A DNA stretch of 64,000 nucleotides from Podarcis gaigeae (Eukaryota): assembly GCA_964106915.2 (NCBI GenBank), contig OZ066919.1; one strand, written 5' to 3'. Position 1 is the first letter of the stretch. Each line of letters starts with the position of its first letter. The notes under the pieces are model-generated. The model had not been told where the DNA came from. It made no database searches and was given only the letters and a program-made list of their open reading frames with translations. The position numbers and the translations under genes were made by a program. This document shows, piece after piece, positions 38,415-53,046 of the stretch.

Positions 38415-38745
38415 TATTTATACTCCACCCATCTGGCTGGGTTTCCCCAGCCACTCTGGGCAGCTTCCATCACAATATTAAAATACAGTAATGCCTCAAA
38501 CATTAAAAGCTTCCCTAAACAGGGCTGCCTTCAGAAAGGCTGGTAGTTGTTGTTCTCTTTGACCTCTGGTGGGAGGGCGTTCCACAGGGCGGGCGCCACT
38601 ACCGAGAAGGCCCTTTGCCTGGTTCCCTGTAACTTGGCTTCTCGTAGTGAGGGAACTACCAGAAGGCTCTTGGCACTGGACCTCAGTGTCCGGGTAGAAC
38701 AAATGGGGTGGAGACGCTCCTTCAGATATACTGGACTGAGGTCTC
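38363..38745 (-). mobile_element. L2-type LINE 3' fragment with (AAT)n tail
   Basis: agggccttctcggtagtggcgcccgccctgtggaacgccctccca (RAFSVVAPALWNALP) on the minus strand; long AAT repeat at the 3' end. Confidence 0.8.
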
Positions 38746-39020
38746 CTTAGTCCAGCTCAAACACCCTGATTCACACAGCATTCAAAAGTTCTTACAATGA
38801 GATTTACTGAGATTGTTTTATATACCCTTGAGTCCAGTTACTTTTTCTCAAAAATCTTTCTCAAGGGGCACTTCCTGAGTAGGACAGATAACTTCAACTT
38901 GCCTTTTTTCCATAGTCAGCAACCAGATCACCTTAGGGCTATCTCTGTCCTATGACTTTTTCTAGAAGCTGGAATGTGGATGAGCCCCTTTAATTAGTTA
39001 TACAAAAGAGAATACTGTTA

Positions 39021-39509
<489 letters not shown>

Positions 39510-39513
39510 TTAC

Positions 39514-39521
39514 GGGCTCAT
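39514..39521 (-). CDS. Candidate start-codon segment (M-S-P) of the ARHGAP39-like gene
   Basis: gccATG AGC CC|GTAAGA gives a phase-2 donor 93 nt upstream of the WW-exon acceptor, yielding MSPSDWVEI. Motif evidence only. Confidence 0.35.
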
Positions 39522-42286
39522 GGCCACAGCGTAATAACCAATTGATTGTAGAGCCTGAGTCAAACCTACATCTAACAATGATTACACAGACAACCTACCA
39601 TGTTTAAAACATGGATTTGCCAGCCTTGTGCAAAACATAGTTTAGCCGCATCAGATTCCTGGTAAAATATTTGTTAATATGTCCAATCCCAACCTGCAAA
39701 TTGCATATTTGTAGCCACATGAAGTACAACAGACAGAATTTCACACGATAAGCAATTTGTATGAAGTGGCTTCCCATGTGGTTTAGAACATGATGGCAAG
39801 TTACATACAAAGTAATTTAAACAAAGTGCTTGCCACATAGGGAGTTTCTACCACATGGCTATATTTTAGACGCAACCCCCCCCACCGCTACAATCTGCGA
39901 GCATGACAGAAAAAGCACATTGTTCTACCTTATAGGGGTTTTTCTTTTGTAAGAAGAAATAAAGGATAGCAACACATTTTGTACTCCAAAATGTTTTAAA
40001 GTATTAATAACTTGCAAGCTCAACTATTAAATCTAATTCAAAAAAGCAATGCAAACTTATTATTCTCCACCATGGACTCCTTTAAGCTCAACATTTAGAC
40101 AGAATAAACTGTATTTGTTGAGATGATGGGGGCTCAGGCAGAGTTAGCAGTAAATTGTACCAGTCCCTCACCCTGGGGAAGGGGGCAATGCTATGGGAAT
40201 TAATGCCTGGGAGCCTTTAAATACCAAAGCATTGTTCTCACAAGTGTAAACAACAGTGGCTCCAACTTTGTCTGATCTGAATGCTACTGCTTTGTCAGGG
40301 AAATTCTTAGTACGCTCAGATTCCACTTTGTAATATTCAGCATGCCACAGAAAAATGTCCCCATTGAAAATCTGTATGCAGGGCCTCTGTAATGAAAGCA
40401 ACTTTACAACAGACCAAGAAATCGCTACAAAAATGTGCTGCATAATTACGCACACAGCTGTGGAAGTCATTAACAAACGTTCTGTCTGCATTAAGCCATT
40501 TGCAGCTTCTCACATTTCCTTAATCTTTTCATTTATGTAAATGGGGAACCTCTGGCCCACCGGTTCCCTCAATCTAGCAAGCCAGGCCCATGTCAGTGGC
40601 CCTTACCCACCTGTCAGTCATCCCACATCATCTCTTAAACAGGCATAGGGATCTCAGTGCTGTGAATTCAGCACTCCCTCTGGGAGTGAATGTTTGAGTG
40701 TGTGTGCCTGCATGGCTTGGTCTGTGAGAGGATATGTAATAATGTGTCTACTGCATGTGTGCTTATGACAAGGGAAGGGGCAGAGGTATATGATATGATA
40801 TATTTATTTATGCATGCTTTGCTTCATTCAGAAGATCAGTCAAATCAAATTTCATTTTTCTTTACGTTTTGTCTATCTTCCTCTGACCAACTCTCCATTC
40901 TAAGGCAATATCCTAACCCTTGGATCTTAACATCAGACTTCAAAATACATAATAAAACCTGAATGCACATTGTTGTATTTTCTGAAATGTCAGCAGGAAC
41001 TTCAAGACTTGTGCTTTTGAGAACCTATATGGTGTCCCATTTGGCTTCTAGGCTTAATTCTTCACATCCTACAAATGTGCCCATTTCACTATGTCTACCA
41101 GTAACTTGTATGCAATTCTAATCTTTGAGCAGGATCCCTATGCCAGGATCTCAGTGTGGATTAGGGGGCCTGCACCTGCAATTTACTTTGGAGAGCAGTG
41201 AGTGGCATTTCCACCTTCAACACAAATTGCAGGCTTATGTGTATGTGAATGGGTGGGTGGGTGGTGTGCAAGTGAGTGAGTAAGAAAGAAATGGAGTGGG
41301 GTTGCCCCATTCACTTTTGGCTGCAGCCCTCCCCACCACTGGCATGGGGGGGGGGCAGAAACATTTCTCACCCCAGCTCTAGGGCTGCTAAAGCTATGTA
41401 TGTTTTAAAGGGCGCCCTCAACTGCAGAGGGGTGAACTATTCTACACAAACAGAACTTAAATAAACATAGTTCAGGAGTTTATGCCAATTGTTTTCAAAT
41501 CTCAATGTTCAAACAAAATCAAAATGTTTAGGCTGAACGCACAAACCATGATTGTTCATGATTTCTAAACCCAGTCTTTTAGCCTGAAATTTTGCTTTTA
41601 AGCATGTATGGAATACTGTTGTCCTTCACAACCATGAAGGATATAAAACTTCTTCAAAAAGGTTTGTAAGGGTTGAGAGCTACTAAAATTACAAGAACTG
41701 GCAATCATGGTTGAGTTTGCCTGTGGAATGTGTTTAACAATATGCCTGCAGTTATAAAATCCGCACACTAGGTGTCCTTGGAATAAAAGGGAGTTGTTTT
41801 TGGTCAAGAGTTTCCCTTTCATTGGTGGAAACCTTTGTTTTTCAGTAAGTACCTGATATTATACAGACAACAAATGCCCTACAAATCAACAAGAGAAGTC
41901 AGATACAGCCTAGAAATAAAATATCCTATACAAAATTAGGAATTCCTATAGCATAGATCACCCAAAGATTTAGAGTCAGGCAAACAAGGAACTGGGAGCT
42001 GGAGACATAGCTCAGGCTCACTCTTAGATGATATTTTATTTCCTATACAGTAATCGACAGTGCCATGCATCCTTCCACCATTTTTGTGAATAGAAACTTA
42101 ACAACCTTTTCTGACAACCAGAGCTAACCACAAGCTATTCTGTTGCAAGTGCAACTCAGCAGATGTTCCACCTCAAATAAGCAGTGATGGTCTCTCTGAC
42201 CAAGTCCCCTAGTGATTTGCTACCATGTGAAAGCGCTAGCAGCACTATTGCTGAATGCCCATGAACTGAAACAACATTGAAGTAAA

Positions 42287-42412
42287 CAAAACAAAAAAAA
42301 TTCCTTCCAGTAGCACCTTAAAGACCAACTGACTTAGTTGGTCTTTAAGGTGCTACTGGAAGGAATTTTTTTTGTTTTGACTATGGCAGACCAACACGGC
42401 TACCTATCTGTA
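42287..42412. mobile_element. Short Penelope-like remnant forming a perfect hairpin, with 13-bp TSD
   Basis: 44-bp perfect inverted arms at 42287-42330 and 42336-42379. TSD attgaagtaaaca at 42276-42288 and 42413-42425. Same family as 1357-1964. Confidence 0.7.
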
Positions 42413-43341
42413 ATTGAAGTAAACAGAACACCAGTGGCTCTGTGGAGTACTGCCTCCTTTATAATGTCAGAGAGAAAGCAGTAGATCAATGCCGGCATCA
42501 TTCAAATACTGTTGAGAGTTAAATTCAGGATTAAGCACCGTTTGCGTATACTACATCTTGAGGAGGCCAGCTGAATCCAGTGGGCAACTGAAGTTCCAGG
42601 GACAATCATGCACACTTCTTTTCTATTTGCTGAGGCTGGAACCAGACGTCATTTGGGCAAATGCATGGTTTCAACCACCTCCCAAATTGGATGAGACCAT
42701 TTAAAATGTGGAGATGATTGGCAGGTGGGAGGAGCAAATGCTTTATGCCTCCTATGCCAATGCTTGCAAACCCCACCCACCCCACCTCAGGTGCCATTTT
42801 GCTAGCTGAATTAACTTACAATTTTGGAGCTTGGCTGGGGGGGGGGGGCGACCAAACTTTTAAGTATTGTGAGTGGGGGAAGAGTTAAATACTCCCTTCC
42901 ATTCACCAATTTTCTGTTCTGCAAATGCCATATCCAACTCTCACATTAACTGCAGGGGCAAATCCAGTGTTGGGAACCAGTGATTTCCTCTGTAACGTCT
43001 AATTACTGTAGTTCCAACTCGAGCATGATTCTTTACCATCCTTTCCCTTGTCTCAACTACTCTTTCCCCTCACTGCTATGCTATCTTTCTTATTTCTTTC
43101 CATAGGAGTCCATTTTTTATTCAACAAAGTAGATCAGGTAAGTGACTAACTACAAAAGCCTGAACTAGACTGTGATTTAGTAAAGGTGCTCAAGTTACAT
43201 GGGTAAAGAGCAACATGCATGCATCACTCCAAAAACCCAAGGCAGGCATGATAATTTTGGATATTAGGACAAAGCAAGTTATATCAAGAACCATTCAAAG
43301 CTGCCTCTTTTATTGAAAATATCTGCTAGCTTTGCAGAAGG

Positions 43342-44145
43342 ATGCAAATGCAACATGCTGGCTAATAAAAGGTAAAGGTACCCCTGCCCGTACGGGCCAG
43401 TCGTGTCCGACTCTAGGGTTGTGCGCCCATCTCACTTAAGAGGCCGGGGGCCAGCGCTGTCCAGAGACACTTCCGGGTCACGTGGCCAGCGTGACGAAGC
43501 TGCTCTGGCGAGCCGGCACCAGCGCAGCACACGGAAACGCCGTTTACCTTCCTGCTATAAAGTGGTACCTATTTATCTACTTGCACTTAGGGGTGCTTTC
43601 GAACTGCTAGGTGGGCAGGAGCTGGGACCGAAAGACGGGAGCTCACCCCGCCACGGGGATTCGAACCGCTGACCATACGATCGGCAAGTCCTAGGCACTG
43701 AGGTTAGTAAATATATAATTGGTATGATGTCATTCAAAATGTACGAATAAGGCACTTCAAAACAATATATATATCATACAACACATCTCACAAAATATAC
43801 AAGTAACTGCAAGTTATTATATGTATCAGAGTCAAACAAAGATTCAACCAACCAATGAATAGCAAGGAACGCCAAACTGTCTCTCAGAGGAAGACGTCTC
43901 ACAAAATTCTCAAAGGAAGACGTCTCTCCAAAGTCTCAAAAGGACAGTGCATCCGGAATAGTTCAACTGTTTCGGAATAAAGTCTTCATCAGCGAATAAT
44001 TATCAATGAAATATACATAATTATTCAGTGAGCACTGATCCACCAGTATGATCTTCACTAGTATGTATATATTCGTATATTTTGAATGATATCATACCGA
44101 TTATATATTTACCAAAAGTTATTAGCCAGCGTGTTGCGTTTGCAT
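43342..44145. mobile_element. Inverted-repeat-bounded element (possibly Penelope-like) interrupted by the Sauria SINE
   Basis: Left arm 43342-43368 plus 43704-43749 is the reverse complement of 44070-44145 with few mismatches. Contains a 26-bp internal tandem repeat and a CUGAUGA...GAAAC core on the minus strand. Confidence 0.55.
43368..43705 (-). mobile_element. Sauria SINE (reverse orientation, 5'-truncated)
   Basis: (ACCTTT)n tail, B-box GGTTCGAATCC and the gtgcaagtagataaataggtacc core on the minus strand. Homologous to 60617-60954. Confidence 0.9.
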
Positions 44146-47100
44146 TTTTGTAGATTGTCACATTTTGCAACACAGGGTTTGGGTTTGTTCAGCTTTGCAG
44201 AAGGAGGCAGAAAAGGAACCAAATTCAATTTCAGTAAACAGAAAGTCACAAATCTGAGGTACAGACATTGGGAGCAAACAGTTAACATTATAGTCCACCA
44301 GTTGCTTGAAGCACCCTTACTGCCAGGAAGAGCTAGTAGCCTCAGTCTATGCAGCTGCCCCAAAAGGAGGTGACCCAGTCCCGGGGTCAAAAATATCTAG
44401 TGCTACCTGGCCTTGGTTGCTGGGTAGTTCACTTCCAATGGGGACAAACACTATTTCCCCATCTAGCTACTACAGAACTTTTAAAGAGCGGCAGATGGAG
44501 CACAGTCACTTCTGCCTTCTTATTTAAACAAAAATCTTATATTTAATGTAAATTGCTCAGGAGGCCAACCCTTGGGCAGAAAGGTGGGATAGAAATATTG
44601 TTAATAAATGCATACTATCATGTCAATAAAACTATTCCGAATAAAGATTTGTTCTCCTGCTAGAAACAATTTGCATATTATGTTCATGAACCTGTATCAT
44701 TTAAAGTGACCTTATCTATGGTCTTCTCCCCCCCCCCCCCCCGCTTAATTTATAATCTTCTAAAACCTTATTTGGTGAAAACTATGGATACATAGTCTGA
44801 TTGATACAAGAAGCCTGGAGAATGAGTAACTTTGCAAAGAGAAAGTGCAATCGTTTGACTGAGTGTAGTGACTCAGAAAGGGGAAGCCTTAATGTACGGA
44901 ATAACCCAGATGTGCTTAAAAGAAAACCAACTGATCTAAGGGCTATTAATATCCTTGCAATGAGCTCTCTTCTCTCCCCCTCCCCCACCTGCTCCAGGAC
45001 TAGAGCCTGTATGAACAAGAAATAAATCAGCCAAGTTCTCTGTGGGATAGATAATCACATCATGTAGCAATGACCAGGCACCAGGTCTAATGCTTTGCCT
45101 ATAAAGTGGTTAGTGAGTCTGTGAGTGTTATTTCCTGCACTGTCATCTCCAGCTTTCTTTGTCACACTTTTGGCATTTAACATCATTCTGAAGATGCTAG
45201 AATGGTCCACAAAAAAGGAATGAGAGAACTGGAACAGACACTGCCCTACTTAAAAGATTCCTAGCAGATGCCTATCCAACCTTTTATTGCTGGCTTGTAG
45301 ATTTTACAGTTTCCGCAACCCATTTATTTACAGGTCTCAAATTGCAATGCACAGCTGGATTAAGAATAAATATTGGGCAATTTGCTATTCTCCTGCATTG
45401 TTGTTGTTTATTTGTTGCCTGTCCTTCACCCTAAGGTCCCAGGATGGATGGGTTACAACATTAAAACACAATTTTAGAAACGGTTTTAAACAACTTACAA
45501 TCACAAAAATAAGGTGGGTCCGAAAAATAAGTGTCAAAAAGCCAGGGCAAAGAGGTGAATAACTATGGTGAGCCCTTGACTGGTGAACTCCACATATTCC
45601 TCTCCCACCAGGGAGACAGTATATGAATATCCTGCCACAGCTGCTGCAAGCTCAACGCACACCCTCTTCTAGACTTCATACACTGCTGAGGTTGGGAGGA
45701 GCTACAGCCTCACCACCTCCACAGTAAAGCAAAGCAGGCAGTGAGCTGGTTCACACATAAGGCTGAACAATAGTTTGAAATAAATTATGGTTTAATAAGC
45801 ATTTGCTTCATCCTTACTCCTGACTGTGCTGCATGGCAGAGGAAACACACCGGGAGCAAGTCAGCGTCTGTCTTGCCTGTTCTGTCTGAAACCGGACTCA
45901 TGGTTTGTTTCTCTCCAAACAAACCACAAGAAGCCACAATTTCTCATTGGTTTATTTGGAGGAAACAAATCACGAACCTGCAAAGACCTGGGTTCACATT
46001 TAATGCAAACTGAATGCCAAGTCAGACTGTGGCTTGCTCCGGTCCAGCGGCTTGTGTGAACCAGGCGAGGGGCATGTGCACCGGATGGGGGGACCTCTGC
46101 CCAGCCCTTGCCACTGATGCTGCCGGAGCAACTCTACCCCAACCAGAGGAAAGCATGGCCGCACTGAACTGCCTGCCCACCCATGCATTGGGGAACCTGA
46201 CTGGCCGACGAGACCCTTGGCGGATGGAGGAGCACCCAGGTGAGGGCGCCTGGTTCATGCCCTCAGAAATTTGTGCACCCAGGGCCCTCTGGCACACACA
46301 CCTCCACATGACACCCCCTCCAGTCTTCTTCCCTCCCTGCACGGCACAGTCAAGAGCAAGGAAGGCACAAAGCACTTGTGTTCATTAAACCATACTGCAT
46401 TTTAAAGTATAGTTTAATGCTGCCTGTGAGAGGCTGCCCCCTAAATAACTATGTGCAAGGCTGTTCTATCTACTATTAATCCTCCTCAGATGGTTTAGTG
46501 AATAATTGGTTCTCACTCCAGCCTGAGGATGTCACACTTTTCAATGAAGGTGGACTTTACAATTGGGACAGAGCCGCTGTTCCTTCACAGGGCTCAGTTT
46601 AAGTTTGACTGTTGCTGTATCCACATCAGAGCTCTGCTCTCCTTTAGCATTCAACCTGAGTCCAAGAAGTACAGGGGAGAGCAAAATCCTGCCTAATATA
46701 GGACTTGCTTTCTTCTGACAATTTTTGTGCTTCTGCTTCTGTACTAAAAATATAAAACCAGGAGCACAAAATGCTCCAGTGAATATATGCCCCTATAATT
46801 ATGCTATAAACGCCATTTGTTCCAAGATCTATACGAAAAGACACTTTGTTCAGGAGTAACCTTTTCAGCCATACCCCCAGTTTCAACTGAGCGCTTTGAC
46901 ATGTTTTCCAGAAACCCCAAAGCCAACAAATGTCTGCTCAGCTAGTCAGACTACACACTCAAGTTATACCCACCAAACCAGAGAGAGACTTGAAAAGAGA
47001 GCAGCCTGGGAACCTTGAATACCACTTAGGAAAACAAATTCCAGTCAGTGGTCCTCCAGAGAATGATCTGGTGCCAGGACTCACTGCCAGAAAAATTGGT

Positions 47101-48540
47101 TTGCATGGCAGCAAATGGGATGGTGGACAAGAGGTCAGTACCTTGTACGGCTTTTAACTCCTTTTAACTCCTTGACTTCGCTTAGTTAGTATGATTCATA
47201 ATCCTTTGCATGTCATCACAAGGTATTTGCAGGAGCTTGCTGTGATGATATACCCCCTTTCAAATGAAGCCCGAGTACTTTTTCCACTCAGCTGGCCTTA
47301 GAATGAAGAGGATTTTATGAATTCTCATAGTTTAAATATCAGACTGCAAAGCGCAGCAACATAATCTCCGCACTGGCATGAATGTGGACCATGAATCATG
47401 CCTAGCAGCAAACAGGAATCTACTCTGTTTGTATAACGTGCTATTTAAGGTCCAATAAGCAGCTTTAGTTTTTGACTGGTTCTCTTGCATCATCCAGCGT
47501 TAAGCTTTCCAACATGCTAATTGCAAGGCGCTGTTATCTGTGGCAAGATAAAATGAAGAACTGGTTGCAAGCATCACACTACATAAAAGAAATTGGGGGA
47601 AAAAATCTGTATTTAACAGTAGCCAGAATTATTATTTTTTAAATCTCATTAGGTACAAACAACATTGGTATCACTAATTTGTAGAGAATACTTTGTGTAA
47701 AAACTTCCCCATATCTACCTGCACCACTTCCCCTTTAGACAGTCATAAGGCGCAGAGTGTTCATACACTTTTTTGACCCAGCAGATCATGAGGCCCAATC
47801 TTATGGCTGAGACACAGCACTGCATATGACTGCTTCTCAACCAATCTACCCAATCTTGTGACACATGGAGTACGGATGCAGGGATACCAGATGTCTGTGT
47901 GGGAGAGGAAACAGATCCGTATGGAAGCAGGTTGGCACACTAAACAGCACACAGTATATACATGGCACTGTGCCCATATGTTTCTTTCCTCACAGCTGTA
48001 TAATATGGAGCAGGTGGCTAGCTGACCATTGGTGTTCATGATAGCTGTGGGAAGTTCCATCCAATGGCCACAATCTGAAGTACTGTAAAACTAGTTCTGT
48101 GAACATGAAGTAAGGCAAGCAATGTTAGTATTGATATTTCTGAATAGTAGTGATTCCCCCACCCCCCGACTAAAGACAATTTCAAAAAGCATATGTGGGA
48201 CAAATCTTTAAAAGGGGAAAAAAGATTTTGCATAATCCTAAACAGATCTTTGGATCTTAGCTACTGCAGCAGAAGATTTATAGCCTAGTGAATGATTCCA
48301 GTCAAGTCAGTTGAGAAGAGCATCTTAGGTGAACCCCAGAATTGCTGGTGGTGAATATTGTTTATTAAGACCATCCTCTGCCCCAAACCAAGTTCTGAGG
48401 GCAATTTCATCTATATTAAAGAAAACATGAGGCAGCCAAAGGAGGAAATGTAATAATGGATGACTCCTTCTCACATTGACTAGGGGTTATAGCTTAGCCT
48501 TCTGTCTCTTAGGTTAGCTTTCTATCTGCGGATGATTTCT

Positions 48541-48548
48541 AGATAGAT

Positions 48549-48589
<41 letters not shown>

Positions 48590-48590
48590 G
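48541..48590. repeat. (GATA)n microsatellite
   Basis: Direct reading of the sequence. Confidence 0.95.
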
Positions 48591-51500
48591 ATAGTTTCTA
48601 ATAAGAACATTACATGATACAGCAACATCACAATGTAGATACAAGTAGATGTACATTTGTAAACTAAACAGTTAATTTTATTCAGTCTATCATGCAGGGA
48701 ATTATTTTGTTTGAATAAACATTCAGTCCTGTTAGTCCTCAACTGGCGGCTAAAGCAGTACAGTCTAGGACACAGGTTTACCTCTTTATCGTTAGTTTGT
48801 GAGAACTAGGCCAAAGATTTTCCAAGTTACAAGTACAAACTCGCAGTGCTGGAAAGGAACCAAAGCACAATGAGAACTCACAGAGGATTCAGTAATATCT
48901 CAAAATGACCTCATCATTTCTCCCTTTTCTGACCTCCTTCAAGTCTTGCCAATTGGAAAAATGTGAAAAGACGAATGTCAGAAATCATGAGGAGAAAAAG
49001 AAAACAAAATATAAGCACCTAATTTAGTTTTACTGTCCTTGCTCTTTGATTTTTTTTTTAAAAAAAAGAAAGCAGCACAGAGTCTGCTACTTATGCCTGT
49101 GGTGCTGGTTTTCCAACTCGGAAGAGTTACAAAGAATCAGACGATTATAAAAGAGCACAAGAACAATTTGTCTCACATTCTGTGAAGCCTTTTAAGAGTA
49201 AGCAAAGCAGGATAGCCATTTCCAACTTTCCTCTGATTTTTAGAATATTTCTCGTTTATTTTAGTTGCTCAACAATAGCAAAGGATGCCTATATTCTAAT
49301 CTACCAACAACAAAAGCAGTGAAAAGAAGGGGGATAAAAAACTTTGATGGGAGTACCCAGAGACACACCATTGACGAATTACTATCCATTACCACCTCGC
49401 CAAGTCAGTGCACTGCTGCACAGTACTGTGTTGTGACAGGTCAAACTATAGTTTGAATTACGCTTTTGCAAAATAATCATACAAAACACTAGTATTTTAA
49501 GGGGATGTTAACAACCTAGGATTCAAATTTATCATGTTTATGGCGTTTACAACCTATCAAGAGAGCCAAGCACACCAGGGCAGGAGAGGTAATCGATGGA
49601 AAACCGTCTTCACAGATGTAAAATTCCAACAATCACGCTGAGAAGTGCGACATAAGTCCCCTACTAGACCATCTGCATAGGCCAAAAATGCACGGTCAAT
49701 TCCCAGGTGAAATCTAACCCCATACAATTAACTGTATCTGCTATTTAATATATTGTCCAAAACAGTATTCTATTTGCTGCACTAATCTCTTGTTTTTCTA
49801 AGCCAAGCATTGAAAATCTCATACACTATATGAATAAAAAATGGTTAGAAGAAAAATGGTATCACATTTCATTAGTTCATCTCAGAGAAGGGCTGTAATC
49901 AGCCTCTAACATCTTGGGGGAAATGGCCTGGTTTTTTCCTCGAGTCCATTTGTAAAGTATAACTTTAAAGACATTCATTTCAGTTAGTTATCATGTATTT
50001 CTACCTATTATTTAAAATGAATAAATAAAAGTGTAGCTTGGACAGATTTTGATGGGAAAGGAGAACTAGTCAGCGATGAGAAATAATCTGGTAATGCCAG
50101 TCCATCTAGATGCAGCAGAGAGAGGGAGGAAACAGGACAAAGACCAACTGCGTTTTGTTTATTCTCCCTCTGGATTATTTGTGTTCAAACTGGCTCTTAG
50201 AATAATTTTGTAAATTTAATAACTGGTGGCTAAGTTTGCTTTTTTCCTCTTCCCTCCAAATGTCTTCCTTTTGTGTTGAGTCATTTTGACTGTAAGCCTA
50301 AACTGTCTTGTTTACTGAACTTATATATGTAAGCTGTTCTGAAGAGCAGAGTAAAAAAATCTTAAAAGCAACAGCTTTGGAATATAAAACCCAGAGAATG
50401 CTTATATACACAAAAATGAAGAGATAAAAAACAAAACCTGAGGTGTTGGGACTGAGGTCAAGCAGGGGAAGCAATGTAAATAGATTCCTAAACTTTGTCA
50501 GGAAACATATGTTTTGATTCTCCATACCTATAACTAAGCTAGAACAAGGTGCGTGTCATGTCCTAAAATGAAAATAATTGTAGAGTGTAAGATCTGGAGC
50601 TATAAAATTTAACAGGATATTTTGGATTAAAATATATATTTCAAAAAAAAATAGTGGATTGCTCAATTCATCCCCATCACTATTCAACAGATGTGTGGCA
50701 GCCCCACACCTACCTGTGTTACTGCAATTAAGACTGAGGAAAACAAAAGGTTAATGCTGTTCAAACTCTTGGTTGAGGACCTGACAAAAGCATGCACCTT
50801 GACTGAATAGCAAAAACTTGTGCTTTCAGAGGGAGATCTACTTCAAAGGTTTTAAACAAAATGTTCACAATTAAAGAGTAATGTGCAGAAAGGACAAAAA
50901 AAAATTAAACTACCTCTACCTAAAAATGAAAAAATGGCAAGCATATAATGGTTATGTGATGAAACAATTTGAGACACAACATTGTGCTCTGGCCAGGAGC
51001 AAAACTGGCAAGAATTTGGTTCTAAAAACAAAACCTGTCATTTGAAGCATTGTTATTTCCTGGGAAAGAGGGAGGATGGAATATTTGCAGCTAGGGGGGT
51101 ATGCTATAGAAAGCAACTTCAAAAACTATTCCAATGGCATTCATCCATAAGTTTGTTTGCATTGTTGCTAACTATAGCTTGTTTTCCTCTCCTGGCTGCA
51201 TTAACCTTTGACCGCAGAGGCAGTTCTAACACAAGGGTTTAGTTGGTGGCCAACATTCACTTCCGTGTCCACAGGTTAAAAACAATGAAACATTTAACAA
51301 GGGTCATGACAAACCATATTTTATTTTTGTGTGTGCATGTGTGTGTATACATACACAAAACCTTACATATAATAAAAAGGGATGGCTGTCATCACACAGT
51401 TTGCTTGGCTACCAATAGCTGGCTCAGCAAACAACAGCGTTATAACAGCCTTCTGAGAGCTGCTGGGTCATCAAAGCAGCATCGGAGGGCAAGGAGAAGT

Positions 51501-51675
51501 TTAGTGGAGAAGGGAGACTGAGGCAGATAGGTGGCAAGCTCTATGGGTAGCTTATTTGGCGAGCTCCAAAGGGAGGGGGCTGCTGATTTTGTCAGCAGGG
51601 AAGGGGTGGGGCTAGGTATCGTGGGCGAGCATATATCTTATGTATTCTTTCTTTCCCCCCCTCCAGGTGTATGTA

Positions 51676-51934
51676 CAGTCATACCTCGAGTTGAATGAGC
51701 TTCGGGTTGAGAGCGTTCGAGTTGCGCTCCTCGGCAACCCGGAAGTAATGGAGTGGGTTACTTCCGGGTTTCGCCGCTTGCGCATGTGCAGACGTGCAAA
51801 ATGACATCACGCGCATGCGTGGAAGCGGCAAAACGCGACCCACACACGCACAGATGCGACGTCGCGTCTTGCGTTCCGTTCGGGATGCAAACGGGGCTCC
51901 GGAACAGATCCCGTTCACATCCTGAGGTCCACTG
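51676..51934. mobile_element. Tigger-like MITE (second family)
   Basis: TA-CAGTCATACCTCGAG...CTGAGGTCCACTG-TA with a CpG-rich interior. Confidence 0.85.
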
Positions 51935-53046
51935 TATGTGTAAAGAAGAACATAAGGAATAGGAAACCTGCACTGGAATCTAACAATCTAAGGTAACAAT
52001 CCTACTTCCCTGTGAGTTAGCCCTATTGAATTCAATATGACTTCCTTCTGAAAAGATATGGTTAGGTTTGTGCTCTAAGTTTGAAAAGATGACAAACTGA
52101 AAAGCTATGAACTCCAATCCTATACATGTTTCCTTGCCAGTAATTCCACTGTACTTAGTGAAGCTTACTCCCAAGTGTGCACACTGGATTATAGCCTTAG
52201 ACAATGTACTGCAATTGCTCACAAAAACACACAATTCCACTACCATTAAAGACAAAACAAAGAAAATTGCTGGCAAGAGTCTGAGAGAATGAGAAATAAG
52301 CACCTAAACTGTAAAGAAATCTATAGGCTTTCAGATAGCGTGCCCGAGCGATGAAGTTGCAATCTAAATCCCAACCCTGTCAAAAGATAGTACAGTATGA
52401 TGTAATATAAAGAAATCTATGGATTTATCAGAACTGTTTCAAGAACGTTCATTGGAAAGAAATTTGCATGTTCCTCATTCTAACTCATGCAGCTTAACAC
52501 AGAAGAGAGAGGAAACAAAAGAGGAGCTTTCAATTTAAGTAATAGTATTCAGAAATAGTACTGCACCAGGTCACTCCCATGGTTAAAATGTATTGCAGGG
52601 AAGTCTTCTACAATTCTTCTTGCTAGTTTTGTTCAAAATAGTACTCATATGTTAATAACCTTGACTGATCATATACAAAGATGACTCGTATGACTGGAAC
52701 TGATCTTCTGGGCTGGTACAGACAATCACATAAACCATGGTTTATATGATTTGGGAGCAAGTTGCAATGAGCCTCAGTATCACTCAGCTTTCTTCCACTC
52801 TCCCCCTTTCATGCTTTCACTTTAAAAACAAATCACAGTTCCATCTTACAGCTGAACGTTGGAGAGTTGTGATTTGTTCTTAGAGAAGATAGTTTCAGAA
52901 TCTGAAACCAGTTTGATCCTAGCTTATTAAAGCAAACTTTGAAGACATATTCAGGGCAAGGAACCACATCTGGAAACTAAGGACTCAAGTTACACAGCTG
53001 CAAATAAAACGTTTTAAATGGGTTGTAAAGTGCAATATATAAATGC

